NCBI GenBank assembly: GCA_029009515.1
Contig: JAQXJZ010000109.1
Coordinates: 4,066-68,065 of the forward strand
Origin: a bacterium
Lineage (GTDB): Bacteria > Bacillota > Clostridia > Christensenellales > Aristaeellaceae
Direction: 5' to 3'
DNA length: 64,000 nucleotides
Below are positions 18,238-26,816 of this stretch, one piece after another. How positions within the stretch are numbered: the stretch's first letter is position 1; every line of letters starts with the position of its first letter. The notes beneath the pieces were generated by a model. That model was given only the letters and a program-made list of their open reading frames with translations, ran no database searches and was not told the DNA's origin. A program made the position numbers and the translations under genes.

Positions 18238-20022
18238 ATGCCAGTCTATCAAATCACCGGCAACGAATACCTCTCCCTTCCCGCTATCCGCGAATCAGAC
18301 GGCGCGGTGGAATCCATCAGCTTTCTGTACATGCAGCTCAAGGGTATGCTGGAGGTGACCGGCACACCTGCGCTCATTGCACCATACATTCAATGCGGCG
18401 CAAAACGTCTGCCTCTCAATCCCGTGTGGGAGCGGCAGCACTGCTGGATTCCCAGCTTCACCAGCGTTTCGGATGGTTTCTCCTTCCGCTGCACCTATCT
18501 GTCCCCTGTTGGCGAGCGCGGCTTCGGCATGCGTCTGGAAGCTGAGAATCAAAGCGCCACGGCTGCGTCCGTCGCCATCGGCCTGGACGGCGAATGGACA
18601 CAGACCCTGCACACCGTCAACGAAAGCATTCCGCTTGCTTCCGACCGCATGGTGAAAGCATCCGGCTGGAACCACATGTTTGTATTCCAGCAGGTTCCCG
18701 GCCTGCCGCTGATGGCCTTTGCGCCCATTGTGGGCGATGATCAGCCCTTCAGCGAGATCGATCAGGGCGCGGAGTGGTCGCAGCATGATTTCTCCTACGA
18801 TATTCACAAGACCACCGTGCTGCAGCCCGGCCAGCGCATGCAGCTGGACGTGTTCTGGGGCGTGGGCTACGAGGAAGTGGCTGCCTCCACCTCCGCCAAG
18901 GAAATGCTGCGGCAGGGCTTTGATGCGCTTTATGCGCGCGCCTGCGGCTGGCTGAGCGAGCGCGAACGGCGCAGCGGCGATGAGAGAATTGACGAGCTGC
19001 TCAACACCAACCTGTTCTTTGCGTTCTTCTATGCCTCCGGCCGCACGGTGGATACGGAGGAACTGTGCATGATGACCTCGCGCAGCCCGCGCTACTATGT
19101 GTCCGCCGCCTACTGGGACCGCGACAGCCTGCTGTGGGCATTTCCGGCCATTGTGCAGGCGGATCATGCCTATGCGCGCGAATTGCTGCTTTCCGTTTTC
19201 CAGCGTCAGGGGCGCAATTTCGGCGTCCACAGCCGCTTCATCGACGGCACGGTGCTGGAGCCGGGCTTTGAGCTGGACGAGCTTTGCGCACCGGTGATCG
19301 CGCTGGAGCGGTATGTGGCCATCACGGGCGATCCGTCCATTCTGAACAACGCTCTGATCCGCGACAGGCTGGAAAGCATCCTGCAAAAGCTGCGCATGCA
19401 GCGGCATCCGACCGCTGCACTGTACGCCACCTTCCTGCAGCCGACGGATGATCTGCACCGCTATCCCTACCTGACGTACGACAATGTGCTGGTGTGGCGC
19501 GCGCTCCGCTGTTTGGGGGAATGGCTGAACCGGTCGGACTGTCTGGCGGAAGCCGAAGCGGTGCACGCGGCCATCCTTGAGCACTGCGTGTTTGCGCACG
19601 AAGGAAAGCGTATTTTCGCCTGGTCGGTGGATCTGTGCGGGCAATGGGACATCTACGACGAGCCTCCGGGAAGCCTGCAGCTGCTGCCCTTCTACGGCTT
19701 CTGCCCGATGGAGGACGAGGTGTGGCGCAATACCACCGCGCTCATCCGCAGTCCGTCCTACGGGCTTTCCTTCGCCAACCACCCCATTGCGGAAATCGGC
19801 TGCAAGCACGCGCCGCATCCGTGGGTGCTGTCCATGTGCAACAGCCTCATCAGCGGCCACGCACAGGAGGCGCTTGATCATCTGCGGCTGACGACCATGG
19901 ACAACGGCGTGGCCTGCGAAAGCGTGCACGAGGACACCGGCGTGTGCACCACCGGCGCGGCTTTTGCCACCTGTGCAGGTTTTCTGGCATTTGCCCTGCT
20001 GGAAGCGCTCGCCAGTTGTTGA
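18238..20022 (+). CDS. (alpha/alpha)6-barrel glycoside hydrolase-like protein, GH125 (DUF1237)-like signature, with N-terminal extra domain
   Basis: YWDRDS, FELDELCAPVIAL, LQPTDD, YDEPPGSLQLLPFYGF and GCKHAPHPW parallel remembered GH125 motifs (WLRDS, YELDSLC, PND, DDANxPSLLxLPYLG, GxGSPHT). Start set at ATG 18238 after AAAGGAG; the upstream part of the track ORF is repeat DNA. Confidence 0.55.
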   Translation: MPVYQITGNEYLSLPAIRESDGAVESISFLYMQLKGMLEVTGTPALIAPYIQCGAKRLPLNPVWERQHCWIPSFTSVSDGFSFRCTYLSPVGERGFGMRLEAENQSATAASVAIGLDGEWTQTLHTVNESIPLASDRMVKASGWNHMFVFQQVPGLPLMAFAPIVGDDQPFSEIDQGAEWSQHDFSYDIHKTTVLQPGQRMQLDVFWGVGYEEVAASTSAKEMLRQGFDALYARACGWLSERERRSGDERIDELLNTNLFFAFFYASGRTVDTEELCMMTSRSPRYYVSAAYWDRDSLLWAFPAIVQADHAYARELLLSVFQRQGRNFGVHSRFIDGTVLEPGFELDELCAPVIALERYVAITGDPSILNNALIRDRLESILQKLRMQRHPTAALYATFLQPTDDLHRYPYLTYDNVLVWRALRCLGEWLNRSDCLAEAEAVHAAILEHCVFAHEGKRIFAWSVDLCGQWDIYDEPPGSLQLLPFYGFCPMEDEVWRNTTALIRSPSYGLSFANHPIAEIGCKHAPHPWVLSMCNSLISGHAQEALDHLRLTTMDNGVACESVHEDTGVCTTGAAFATCAGFLAFALLEALASC

Positions 20023-20089
20023 CATCTGGCGCAAACAGGTATAAGCTCTAAGGTAGCGTTTATCCACAAATCCATCCGGAGGGAACATC

Positions 20090-21907
20090 ATGAAAATCCT
20101 GTTTGCCACCAGCGAATGTGCGCCCTTTTCCAAATCCGGCGGTCTGGCCGACGTTGCCTACTCCCTGCCCCCTGCCCTGCGCGATGCGGGCAACGAGATT
20201 GCCGTCATCACTCCGCTGTATGAGTGTGTACAGAAACGCTTTGGCGGCGAATTGACCCACGTGATGGATCTGCCCATTGCGCTTGGCCAGAACAGCTGGA
20301 CCTGCGGCCTTTACCGCGGCGACCTGCACGGCGTGACCGTGTGGTTCCTGAAGAATGACGATTTCTTCATGCGCCCCAAGCTCTATGGCTACGGCGACGA
20401 CAAGCTGCGCTTTGCGTGGTTCTGCCGCGCCATCGTCGCCCTGATTGACAAGCTGGATTTCGTGCCCGAAATTCTGCACTGCAACGACTGGGAGACCGCC
20501 CTGGCCATCATCTACCTCAAGAACGATCAGGTGCTCAACCGCGAGCTGCGCAAGATCAAGACCGTGTACACCATCCACAACATCGCCTATCAGGGCCAGT
20601 TCGGCTCCAACGAGCTGGCGGAAACCTTCGATCTGCCCTGGGGCTGGTACGACGGCGGTCTGGGCTATGTGTACGAAGGCCGTCCCGACATCAACCTGAT
20701 GAAGGGCGCCATGCTGATGGCCAATGCCGTATCCACCGTTTCCACCACCTACGCGCGCGAGCTGCACCGCCCTGAGTTCGGCAGCGGTCTGCACGGCGTG
20801 GTGGATCTGATTGGCACCAAGATGCGCGGCATTCTCAACGGCATCGACATGGATCTCTACGATCCCATGAAGGATACCCGCCTGCCTGCGCCCTTCTCCG
20901 TGGATGACATGAGCGGCAAGGCCGAGTGCAAGCGCTACATTCAGGAAAAATTCGGCCTGTATGACGAGCCCGGCTGGCCGCTGTTTACCGCGGTTGCCCG
21001 TCTGGTGGAGCAGAAGGGCATCGAGCTCATCCGCGAAATTCTGCCCCGTCTGATGGACATGGGCGTGCAGATCATCATCTACGGACAGGGCGATCAGCAC
21101 TACATCGACTACTTCGAGGAGTGCCGCAAGCGCTGGCCCGGCCAGTTCGGCTTCTCCAGCGATTACAACGAGCATCTGGCTGCGCAGGTGTTTGCCGGCG
21201 CGGACTTCTACCTCATGCCCTCCCGCTTTGAGCCCTGCGGCCTGTCCCAGATGATGGCCATGCGCTACGGCACCGTGCCCATCGTGCATGAGACCGGCGG
21301 CCTGAAGGACTCCGTGCGTCCCTTCCGCTACTTTGACGGCGTAGGCGACGGCTTCGCCTTCTCGCCCTACAACAGCACCGAGCTCGCCCTGGCCATCCGT
21401 CAGGCGCTGAAGGTGGACTTTGCCGATCAGGAAACCTTCCAGCTCATCCGCCGCCGCTGCATGGAAAAGGACTTCTCCTGGACCAAGAGCGCCGAGCGCT
21501 ACGAGCGCATGTACTCCGAAATCGCCGAGGGCCAGCAGGGCGAGCTGGTGCGCTTTGCCGATGCATACGAGCAGCTGGAGGCCGCCTACAAGGCTGCCGC
21601 CGAGGAAAACAGCCGCCGCAAGCACACTGCCGCGCTGGCCGCCCATCGCCGCGCCGTGCAGATTACCATGACCGGCCGTGCCAGCGGCGTATTCACCATC
21701 GTCATCGACCGCGAGGGCATTCAGGTGTATCCGCACACGCTGGATCAGGTGGACGCCTACGTCACCGCCAGCTTCGACCATCTGCTGGGCATGGCGCAGG
21801 GCAGGCTGAGCTTCGACAAGCTCTACCTGTCCGGCCACCTCAAGATTTCCGGCAACCTATCCAAGGGCATGGAGCTGCGCCCCATGCTGACCGCGCTGGG
21901 CGAATAA
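20090..21907 (+). CDS. glgA: Glycogen/starch synthase GlgA with C-terminal SCP2-like domain
   Basis: N-terminal KSGGLADV motif and GT5 core to about residue 478. The additional ~125 aa end in SFDHLLGMAQGRLSFDKLYLSGHLKISGNLSKGMEL (SCP2 sterol-carrier-type). Confidence 0.9.
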   Translation: MKILFATSECAPFSKSGGLADVAYSLPPALRDAGNEIAVITPLYECVQKRFGGELTHVMDLPIALGQNSWTCGLYRGDLHGVTVWFLKNDDFFMRPKLYGYGDDKLRFAWFCRAIVALIDKLDFVPEILHCNDWETALAIIYLKNDQVLNRELRKIKTVYTIHNIAYQGQFGSNELAETFDLPWGWYDGGLGYVYEGRPDINLMKGAMLMANAVSTVSTTYARELHRPEFGSGLHGVVDLIGTKMRGILNGIDMDLYDPMKDTRLPAPFSVDDMSGKAECKRYIQEKFGLYDEPGWPLFTAVARLVEQKGIELIREILPRLMDMGVQIIIYGQGDQHYIDYFEECRKRWPGQFGFSSDYNEHLAAQVFAGADFYLMPSRFEPCGLSQMMAMRYGTVPIVHETGGLKDSVRPFRYFDGVGDGFAFSPYNSTELALAIRQALKVDFADQETFQLIRRRCMEKDFSWTKSAERYERMYSEIAEGQQGELVRFADAYEQLEAAYKAAAEENSRRKHTAALAAHRRAVQITMTGRASGVFTIVIDREGIQVYPHTLDQVDAYVTASFDHLLGMAQGRLSFDKLYLSGHLKISGNLSKGMELRPMLTALGE

Positions 21908-21925
21908 CCAATCCCGTTCATTGCA

Positions 21926-21964
21926 AAGAGCAGCCGGCCTGTCAAAGGCTGGCTGCTCTTTTGC
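21926..21964. terminator. Terminator between convergent glgA and yeiH
   Basis: Long imperfect stem AAGAGCAGCCGGCC/GGCTGGCTGCTCTT followed by TTTTG. Confidence 0.7.
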
Positions 21965-21971
21965 TATTCAC

Positions 21972-22985
21972 TTACACAATCCCCATGCCCATTTCCACCA
22001 GCAGCGCCACAATAACCACCAGCGCCGAGATGATGAAGCCGTGCACCATGGGACGCACACCGGCTTTTTTCATGCTCGAAAAGGAGGTGTTGAGGCCGAT
22101 GGCGGCCAGCGCGCAAACCATCAGAAATTTGCTCAGACGCTTGGCTGCACTCACCAGCTGTGCGGGAATGGGAAGCACGCTGGAGAGGATGGCCATGCCC
22201 AGGAAACCGAGAATGAACCATGGAAAGATGGACGCGATGGACACGTTGGCCTTGAGCGCGCTGCCCGCCGCCACGCGGCGTTTCAGGCGCAGCTGAACGA
22301 GCGCAAAGATCACCACCGTGGGGATGATGGCCAGCGTGCGCGTGAGCTTGACCATGGTGGCAAAATCGCCCGCAGCCTCCGAAAAGGCATAACCTGTGGC
22401 CACCACGGAGGATGTATCATTCACCGCTGTTCCGGCCCAGATGCCAAACGCCTGATCGCTCATGCCCATCGCCCTGCCCATGATGGGAAACAGCACGATC
22501 ATGGCCATGTCAAACAGGAAGGTAGCGGACATGGCGTAGGCCACGTCGCTGTCCTCAGCCTCAATGGTGGGTGCGATGGCCGCAATGGCGCTGCCGCCGC
22601 AGATGCCCGTGCCCGCCGAGATGAGATTGGACAGCTTCCAGTTCAGTCCAAGCGCCCGGCCGATGAAGTATCCTCCGCCAAAGCAGGTCAGCAGCGTAAA
22701 TACCATCACCGTCAGCGACATGCGGCCCACATGCAGAATGGTGGTTACATTGAGGGACAAACCCAGCAGGATGATTGCAAACTTCAGCACCTTCTTGGAG
22801 GTGAATTTGAGCCCCGGCAGCAGCGTTTGCGCAGGCGCCTTGACGGCATTGATGCCCATGCCAATGAACATGGCGATGACAGCCGAACCGATGAGATGAA
22901 CGGGCAGCAGGCTTTCCAGCCAGCAGGCCAGCGCAGCCACCGCCACTGCCAGCACAAACCCGGGTACAATCCTGAGATGCTTCAC
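21972..22985 (-). CDS. yeiH: YeiH/UPF0324-family membrane protein (putative sulfate/anion exporter family)
   Basis: Highly hydrophobic ~338-aa protein typical of UPF0324, divergently paired with a LysR regulator as for yeiH-yeiE. GTG start at 22985 lies 7 nt after AAAGGAGAG. Confidence 0.75.
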   Translation of the reverse strand: MKHLRIVPGFVLAVAVAALACWLESLLPVHLIGSAVIAMFIGMGINAVKAPAQTLLPGLKFTSKKVLKFAIILLGLSLNVTTILHVGRMSLTVMVFTLLTCFGGGYFIGRALGLNWKLSNLISAGTGICGGSAIAAIAPTIEAEDSDVAYAMSATFLFDMAMIVLFPIMGRAMGMSDQAFGIWAGTAVNDTSSVVATGYAFSEAAGDFATMVKLTRTLAIIPTVVIFALVQLRLKRRVAAGSALKANVSIASIFPWFILGFLGMAILSSVLPIPAQLVSAAKRLSKFLMVCALAAIGLNTSFSSMKKAGVRPMVHGFIISALVVIVALLVEMGMGIV

Positions 22986-23038
22986 AGCTTTTCTCTCCTT
23001 TGCTCGTGAATTCCCGTTGATTATACCGCCCTGAAGTG

Positions 23039-23076
23039 ATAAAATCAAATCATCATTTACTATCATTTGATTTTAT
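23039..23076. promoter_or_regulatory. 12-bp perfect inverted repeat in the yeiH/lysR divergent region (candidate LysR site)
   Basis: ATAAAATCAAAT (23039-23050) and ATTTGATTTTAT (23065-23076), separated by 14 nt. Confidence 0.5.
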
Positions 23077-23094
23077 TTTCTTATGAGGTGGATC

Positions 23095-23949
23095 ATGCTC
23101 GACTACCGCATGCAGACGTTTCTCACGCTTTGCCGGGAGATGAATTACCGCCGGGCCGCACAGGCGCTCAACATGACCCAGCCTGGCGTGACGCAGCACA
23201 TTCAGCATCTGGAGAAGCACTACGGCGTCAAACTGTTTGTGTATGACGGGCGCCGCCTGCACCGTACTCCGGAGGCGGATGCGCTCAAGCGTCATGCAGA
23301 AAGTGTTATGGCCCGTGAAAAAGCGCTCACTGATGTTTTTGCTGCGCCCAGAAGGGTTCATCTGGACGTGGGCGCTACCAAAACCATTGGCGAATTTGTG
23401 CTCACCGGCGCACTCAGCCGTTATCTGGCTGACCCTATGCACAGCATCCGCTTTGAAATCAACAACACCGAGGTGCTGCTGGATATGCTGGATGAATCGC
23501 TGCTGGATTTTGCCGTGGTGGAGGGTGTGTTTGACAAGCAGCGCTTTGGCTGGCATCTGTTCAAGCGGGAGCGTTTCACCGGCATCTGCGCGGCCAGTCA
23601 CCCATTTGCCGGGCGCACCGTGCCCATCAGCGAGGTTTTCGGGCAAACGCTCATCGTGCGCGAGCCCGGCTCCGGCACCCGGCGCCTGCTGGAGCAATCG
23701 CTGGATGCACGCGGATATTCGCTGGATGCGTTCAGCCGCTGCATCTGCATCAGCCAGTTTTCCGTCATTACTGGCGTTGTTGCGGATGCTGGCGCCATCT
23801 CCTTCGGTTACGCTCCGGTGGCGGCGCAGCGCACAGACCTTGCAACCTTTGAGGTGGAACATATGCCCATGTGGGGTGAATTCAATTTTGTTTACTGTGA
23901 TGAAGAAACCGCACGGAAGAAAATCGAACTGTTCTTTGGCAAGCCATAG
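23095..23949 (+). CDS. LysR-family transcriptional regulator
   Basis: HTH region FLTLCREMNYRRAAQALNMTQPGVTQHIQHLE plus a LysR substrate-binding domain. Start at the second ATG after GAGGTG. Confidence 0.9.
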   Translation: MLDYRMQTFLTLCREMNYRRAAQALNMTQPGVTQHIQHLEKHYGVKLFVYDGRRLHRTPEADALKRHAESVMAREKALTDVFAAPRRVHLDVGATKTIGEFVLTGALSRYLADPMHSIRFEINNTEVLLDMLDESLLDFAVVEGVFDKQRFGWHLFKRERFTGICAASHPFAGRTVPISEVFGQTLIVREPGSGTRRLLEQSLDARGYSLDAFSRCICISQFSVITGVVADAGAISFGYAPVAAQRTDLATFEVEHMPMWGEFNFVYCDEETARKKIELFFGKP

Positions 23950-23952
23950 CAA

Positions 23953-23983
23953 AAGCCGCCTGAATATTCAGGCGGCTTGATTT
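23953..23983 (+). terminator. Rho-independent terminator of lysR
   Basis: AAGCCGCCTGA-atat-TCAGGCGGCTT 11-bp stem followed by GATTT. Confidence 0.7.
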
Positions 23984-23995
23984 AGCTGGAACTCT

Positions 23996-24133
23996 TTTGC
24001 ATACAGCGGCGTTTTCCAGATAGCAGCGCGTTTCCTCCTGTGCGCGGCGCAGCATGTCCTCCTCAGGGTTTCCCTTGAGGTGCAGCATGGCCATGACGGG
24101 TTTGCTGTTTCCAAACAGTTCTCGATAGGTCAC
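23996..24133 (-). pseudogene. 5' relic (~45 codons) of a BtpA/SgcQ-family gene
   Basis: ELFGNSKPVMAMLHLKGNP resembles the BtpA/SgcQ N-terminus (KxVIxMxHLxxLPG). The GTG start overlaps the MFS stop (GTGA). The reading frame then runs into the lysR terminator and loses similarity. Confidence 0.4.
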
Positions 24134-25269
24134 TTGCTTTCATTCTCCGTTTTGCGGATCACCAGGCTCAGGATCAGAATGCCCACGCAGGGCACCAGAT
24201 TGCACAGCATACCGGCCTGCAGGCTCACGCCATCCGCCACCAGGCCGATGATCCACGGCATGATGATCGCGCCCAGGCTGCCCACCGGCAGCATCACGCC
24301 CATGCTGGACGGGCTCATGATCTTGCCCACGCCGGCCACAGCCACCGGGTTCACGCCTGCCATGGCAAAGGCGAAGGCAAACAGCATGCACACCGCCAGC
24401 ACCGGCTGCTGGGCGGCAATCATGGCCGCATACAGCGCCGTGCAGCCAGCGCCCATCACCGCCAGCGCGCGGAAGGTGTTTTTGATGGGGAACACAAAGG
24501 CGATCAGCAGACGCGCAATCAGGGTTGCGCCCCACATGATGGTAACGGTGTAGGTGCTCAGCGCGCCGCTTAAGATCTGCTGGTTGCGGTAATAGGTGAC
24601 CAGCCAGCCGGTCACGCTGGTTTCGGCAGCGTTCTGGCAGAAGATCAGGCCCGTAATCAGCCAGAATTTGGCGCTGCGCAGGAAGCTCAAATCCAGCTTT
24701 TCCTTTTTGCCAGCTTCGCCGGTGCGGCCGGGCAGTTTGGCTGACAGAAAGATCAGCCACATCACAAGACCGAGCGCGGCGATTGCCATCATGGGCGCCT
24801 TCTGCCCCACGCCGGTCATCATGGCAATGACAAACGGGCAGATGAGCGCGCCAAAGGCATAGCATGCATGCAGCAGGCTCATGCCCTTGGTGCGGTCAGC
24901 GCTGTTGTTGCCCACCAGCACCGTGCAGTTGTTGAGCGCGCAGCCCTTGGCGATGCCCACAATGGCAAAGGCCGCCATCAGAATCACCGCCGCGCCGGAC
25001 GCGGTCATGAGCAGATAGCCAATCAGATAGCCGCTGCACAGGATGGCCACCGTATTGCGCTTGCCGATTTTGGAGGGCAGCACGCCGGAAATGAAGGACG
25101 CAGCCATGTTGCCAATGCTCATGCAGGACAGCAGCGTGCCCGTCATGGCAAAGGAAAAGCCGTACATTTCCTGCAGCAGGCTCACCACCACGCCGCTGGA
25201 AATGGCGCAGACGCCGCTGATCATGAAGGTGATAAAACCGGTATTGCGAAGCTGTTTTGCCCTTTGCAT
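24130..25269 (-). CDS. MFS transporter
   Basis: 379 aa, about 12 hydrophobic segments, glycine-rich MFS-like loops. Confidence 0.85.
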   Translation of the reverse strand: MQRAKQLRNTGFITFMISGVCAISSGVVVSLLQEMYGFSFAMTGTLLSCMSIGNMAASFISGVLPSKIGKRNTVAILCSGYLIGYLLMTASGAAVILMAAFAIVGIAKGCALNNCTVLVGNNSADRTKGMSLLHACYAFGALICPFVIAMMTGVGQKAPMMAIAALGLVMWLIFLSAKLPGRTGEAGKKEKLDLSFLRSAKFWLITGLIFCQNAAETSVTGWLVTYYRNQQILSGALSTYTVTIMWGATLIARLLIAFVFPIKNTFRALAVMGAGCTALYAAMIAAQQPVLAVCMLFAFAFAMAGVNPVAVAGVGKIMSPSSMGVMLPVGSLGAIIMPWIIGLVADGVSLQAGMLCNLVPCVGILILSLVIRKTENESK

Positions 25270-25281
25270 ATTTCTTTCTCC

Positions 25282-26166
25282 TTATTCCTTATGCAGTTTG
25301 CGGTCAGCCAGCGCCGTAAGCAAAAGACCCAGCAGGATCATGCCGCAGCTGACGCCCTTGCGCAGCGTGAACGTTTCGCCAAGCAGAATCAGGCCGAACA
25401 CGATGCTGGTGAGCGGCTCCAGCAGCGAATACACTGCCGCATCCGCATCGCCCACAATGCGCACGCCTGCCTGAAACAAAGCACTGCCGCCAATGCTCAC
25501 CATCAGCGCAGCGGCAATGGCAAACAGCCAGGCCTGCGGCGTGAGCGCCAGCGTCAATTTGCCGCCAATGCCGCCCACCAGCAGGCACAGCACTGCGCCC
25601 GCAGCAGACGTGGCGGTCATCAGCCGGTACAGCGGCAGCGGATTGCCGGCCTCACGGTCCAACAGGATGATATAGGCGGCAAACACCACGCCCGAGCCCA
25701 GCGCCAGCGCCGTGCCAAAGGGCGATCGTCCGCCGTCTCCCGTTTCCACCAGCAACAGCGCGCCCGCAAGGCTGATGGCAAGGCCCGTCCATTTCATGGC
25801 GCTGGGACGGTAGCGGAAGCGCAGCACGCGGTAGAGCACCACGAACAGCGGGTAGAGAAAATGCAGCGTGGTGGCGATGCCTACCGGGATATAGCTGTAG
25901 GAAGAGTACAGCATGAGCGTGCAGCCAAAGTTGAGCAGGCCCAGCACTGCGCCCCTTTGCAGCTGACGGCCGGTGGCCCTGTAGCCCGGCGAGGTGAGAT
26001 GGCTGAGCAGCAACAGCAGCGGCAGCGGCAGCATCGCACGCAAAAGCGCCATGTTCACCCCATTGTTTCCGCCTGCGTAAGACAGATTGGCCAATACCGG
26101 CGTAAAGCCGAACACCACAGCCGAAAGAAAAACCTCCGCAATTCCCAGACCCCTTGAGCGTTTCAT
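25282..26166 (-). CDS. EamA/DMT-family transporter
   Basis: 294 aa with two EamA-like halves of about 5 TM segments each. Confidence 0.85.
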   Translation of the reverse strand: MKRSRGLGIAEVFLSAVVFGFTPVLANLSYAGGNNGVNMALLRAMLPLPLLLLLSHLTSPGYRATGRQLQRGAVLGLLNFGCTLMLYSSYSYIPVGIATTLHFLYPLFVVLYRVLRFRYRPSAMKWTGLAISLAGALLLVETGDGGRSPFGTALALGSGVVFAAYIILLDREAGNPLPLYRLMTATSAAGAVLCLLVGGIGGKLTLALTPQAWLFAIAAALMVSIGGSALFQAGVRIVGDADAAVYSLLEPLTSIVFGLILLGETFTLRKGVSCGMILLGLLLTALADRKLHKE

Positions 26167-26230
26167 GCCCAGAGCACTTCCTTTGACGAATGCTGGTCTT
26201 TATTGTAGCAGGAAACGGCTCCTGAAACAA

Positions 26231-26263
26231 GCAAAACACCCCGCTTCATGCAGGGTGTTTTGC
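26231..26263 (-). terminator. Terminator after the flavodoxin-like gene
   Basis: GCAAAACACCC/GGGTGTTTTGC 11-bp stem with an 11-nt loop, and a T-rich tail on the minus strand. Confidence 0.6.
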
Positions 26264-26280
26264 ATCGTGCCGATTTCCCC

Positions 26281-26703
26281 TTACTGGGAAACCTTCTTGG
26301 CGCACTCGGCCGCCCACTTGGCAGCGCCCTTGATTTCCTCATCGGTGGGATGCTTGCCGCCGAACAGGCCGCCCTTGCCGGAGCACACATAAGCGCTGTC
26401 CAGCACCTTGATGCCCTGAGCAGTCAGCTCAGCCTTCATCTGCTGGATGGCGGCGTCGTTCTTCTGGGGATTGCAGCAGAACAGCGCAGCATTGTTGACG
26501 CGCTTGGGGTTGAGGGTCTTGATGAACTCCATGGTCACCTTGTCAGCCTTGGTGCCTTCGCAGCCCAGGAACATCAGGATGACGTTTTCGGGCATATAGG
26601 CCGGAGGCAGGGCTTCCTTGATCAGATCCACTTCCTTGCCGATCGCATCGGCGATGAGTTCCGCAGAGCCCTTGGGGCTGACGTAATGCAGTCTGCCTTT
26701 CAT
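26281..26703 (-). CDS. Flavodoxin-like-fold protein
   Basis: 140 aa with an alternating beta/alpha pattern (VILMFLGCEG, AALFCCNP). It lacks a clear T/SxTGxT FMN loop, so the function is uncertain. Confidence 0.5.
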   Translation of the reverse strand: MKGRLHYVSPKGSAELIADAIGKEVDLIKEALPPAYMPENVILMFLGCEGTKADKVTMEFIKTLNPKRVNNAALFCCNPQKNDAAIQQMKAELTAQGIKVLDSAYVCSGKGGLFGGKHPTDEEIKGAAKWAAECAKKVSQ

Positions 26704-26737
26704 TTTGAAAACCTTCCTTCTTCTTTCCTTGCACAGA

Positions 26738-26766
26738 AGCCCCGAATGAGCCTGTCATTCGGGGCT
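26738..26766 (-). other. 12-bp stem-loop in the 5' UTR of the flavodoxin-like gene
   Basis: AGCCCCGAATGA/TCATTCGGGGCT with a 5-nt loop. It lies between the predicted -10 and the start codon and has no U-tail on the sense strand. Confidence 0.6.
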
Positions 26767-26778
26767 GTTGATATATCC

Positions 26779-26806
26779 ATTATACGGTAAAAACCAGTCT
26801 TGTCAA
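26779..26806 (-). promoter_or_regulatory. Promoter of the flavodoxin-like gene
   Basis: Minus strand reads TTGACA, 16 nt, TATAAT. Confidence 0.6.
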
Positions 26807-26816
26807 GGCTTGGCGC

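Noticed and set aside
20019-20047. Sigma-70 promoter for glgA (TTGACA ... TATAAG)
   Set aside because: The spacer is only 15 nt for TATAAG, and the alternative -10 (TAAGCT) is poor. Not convincing enough to annotate.
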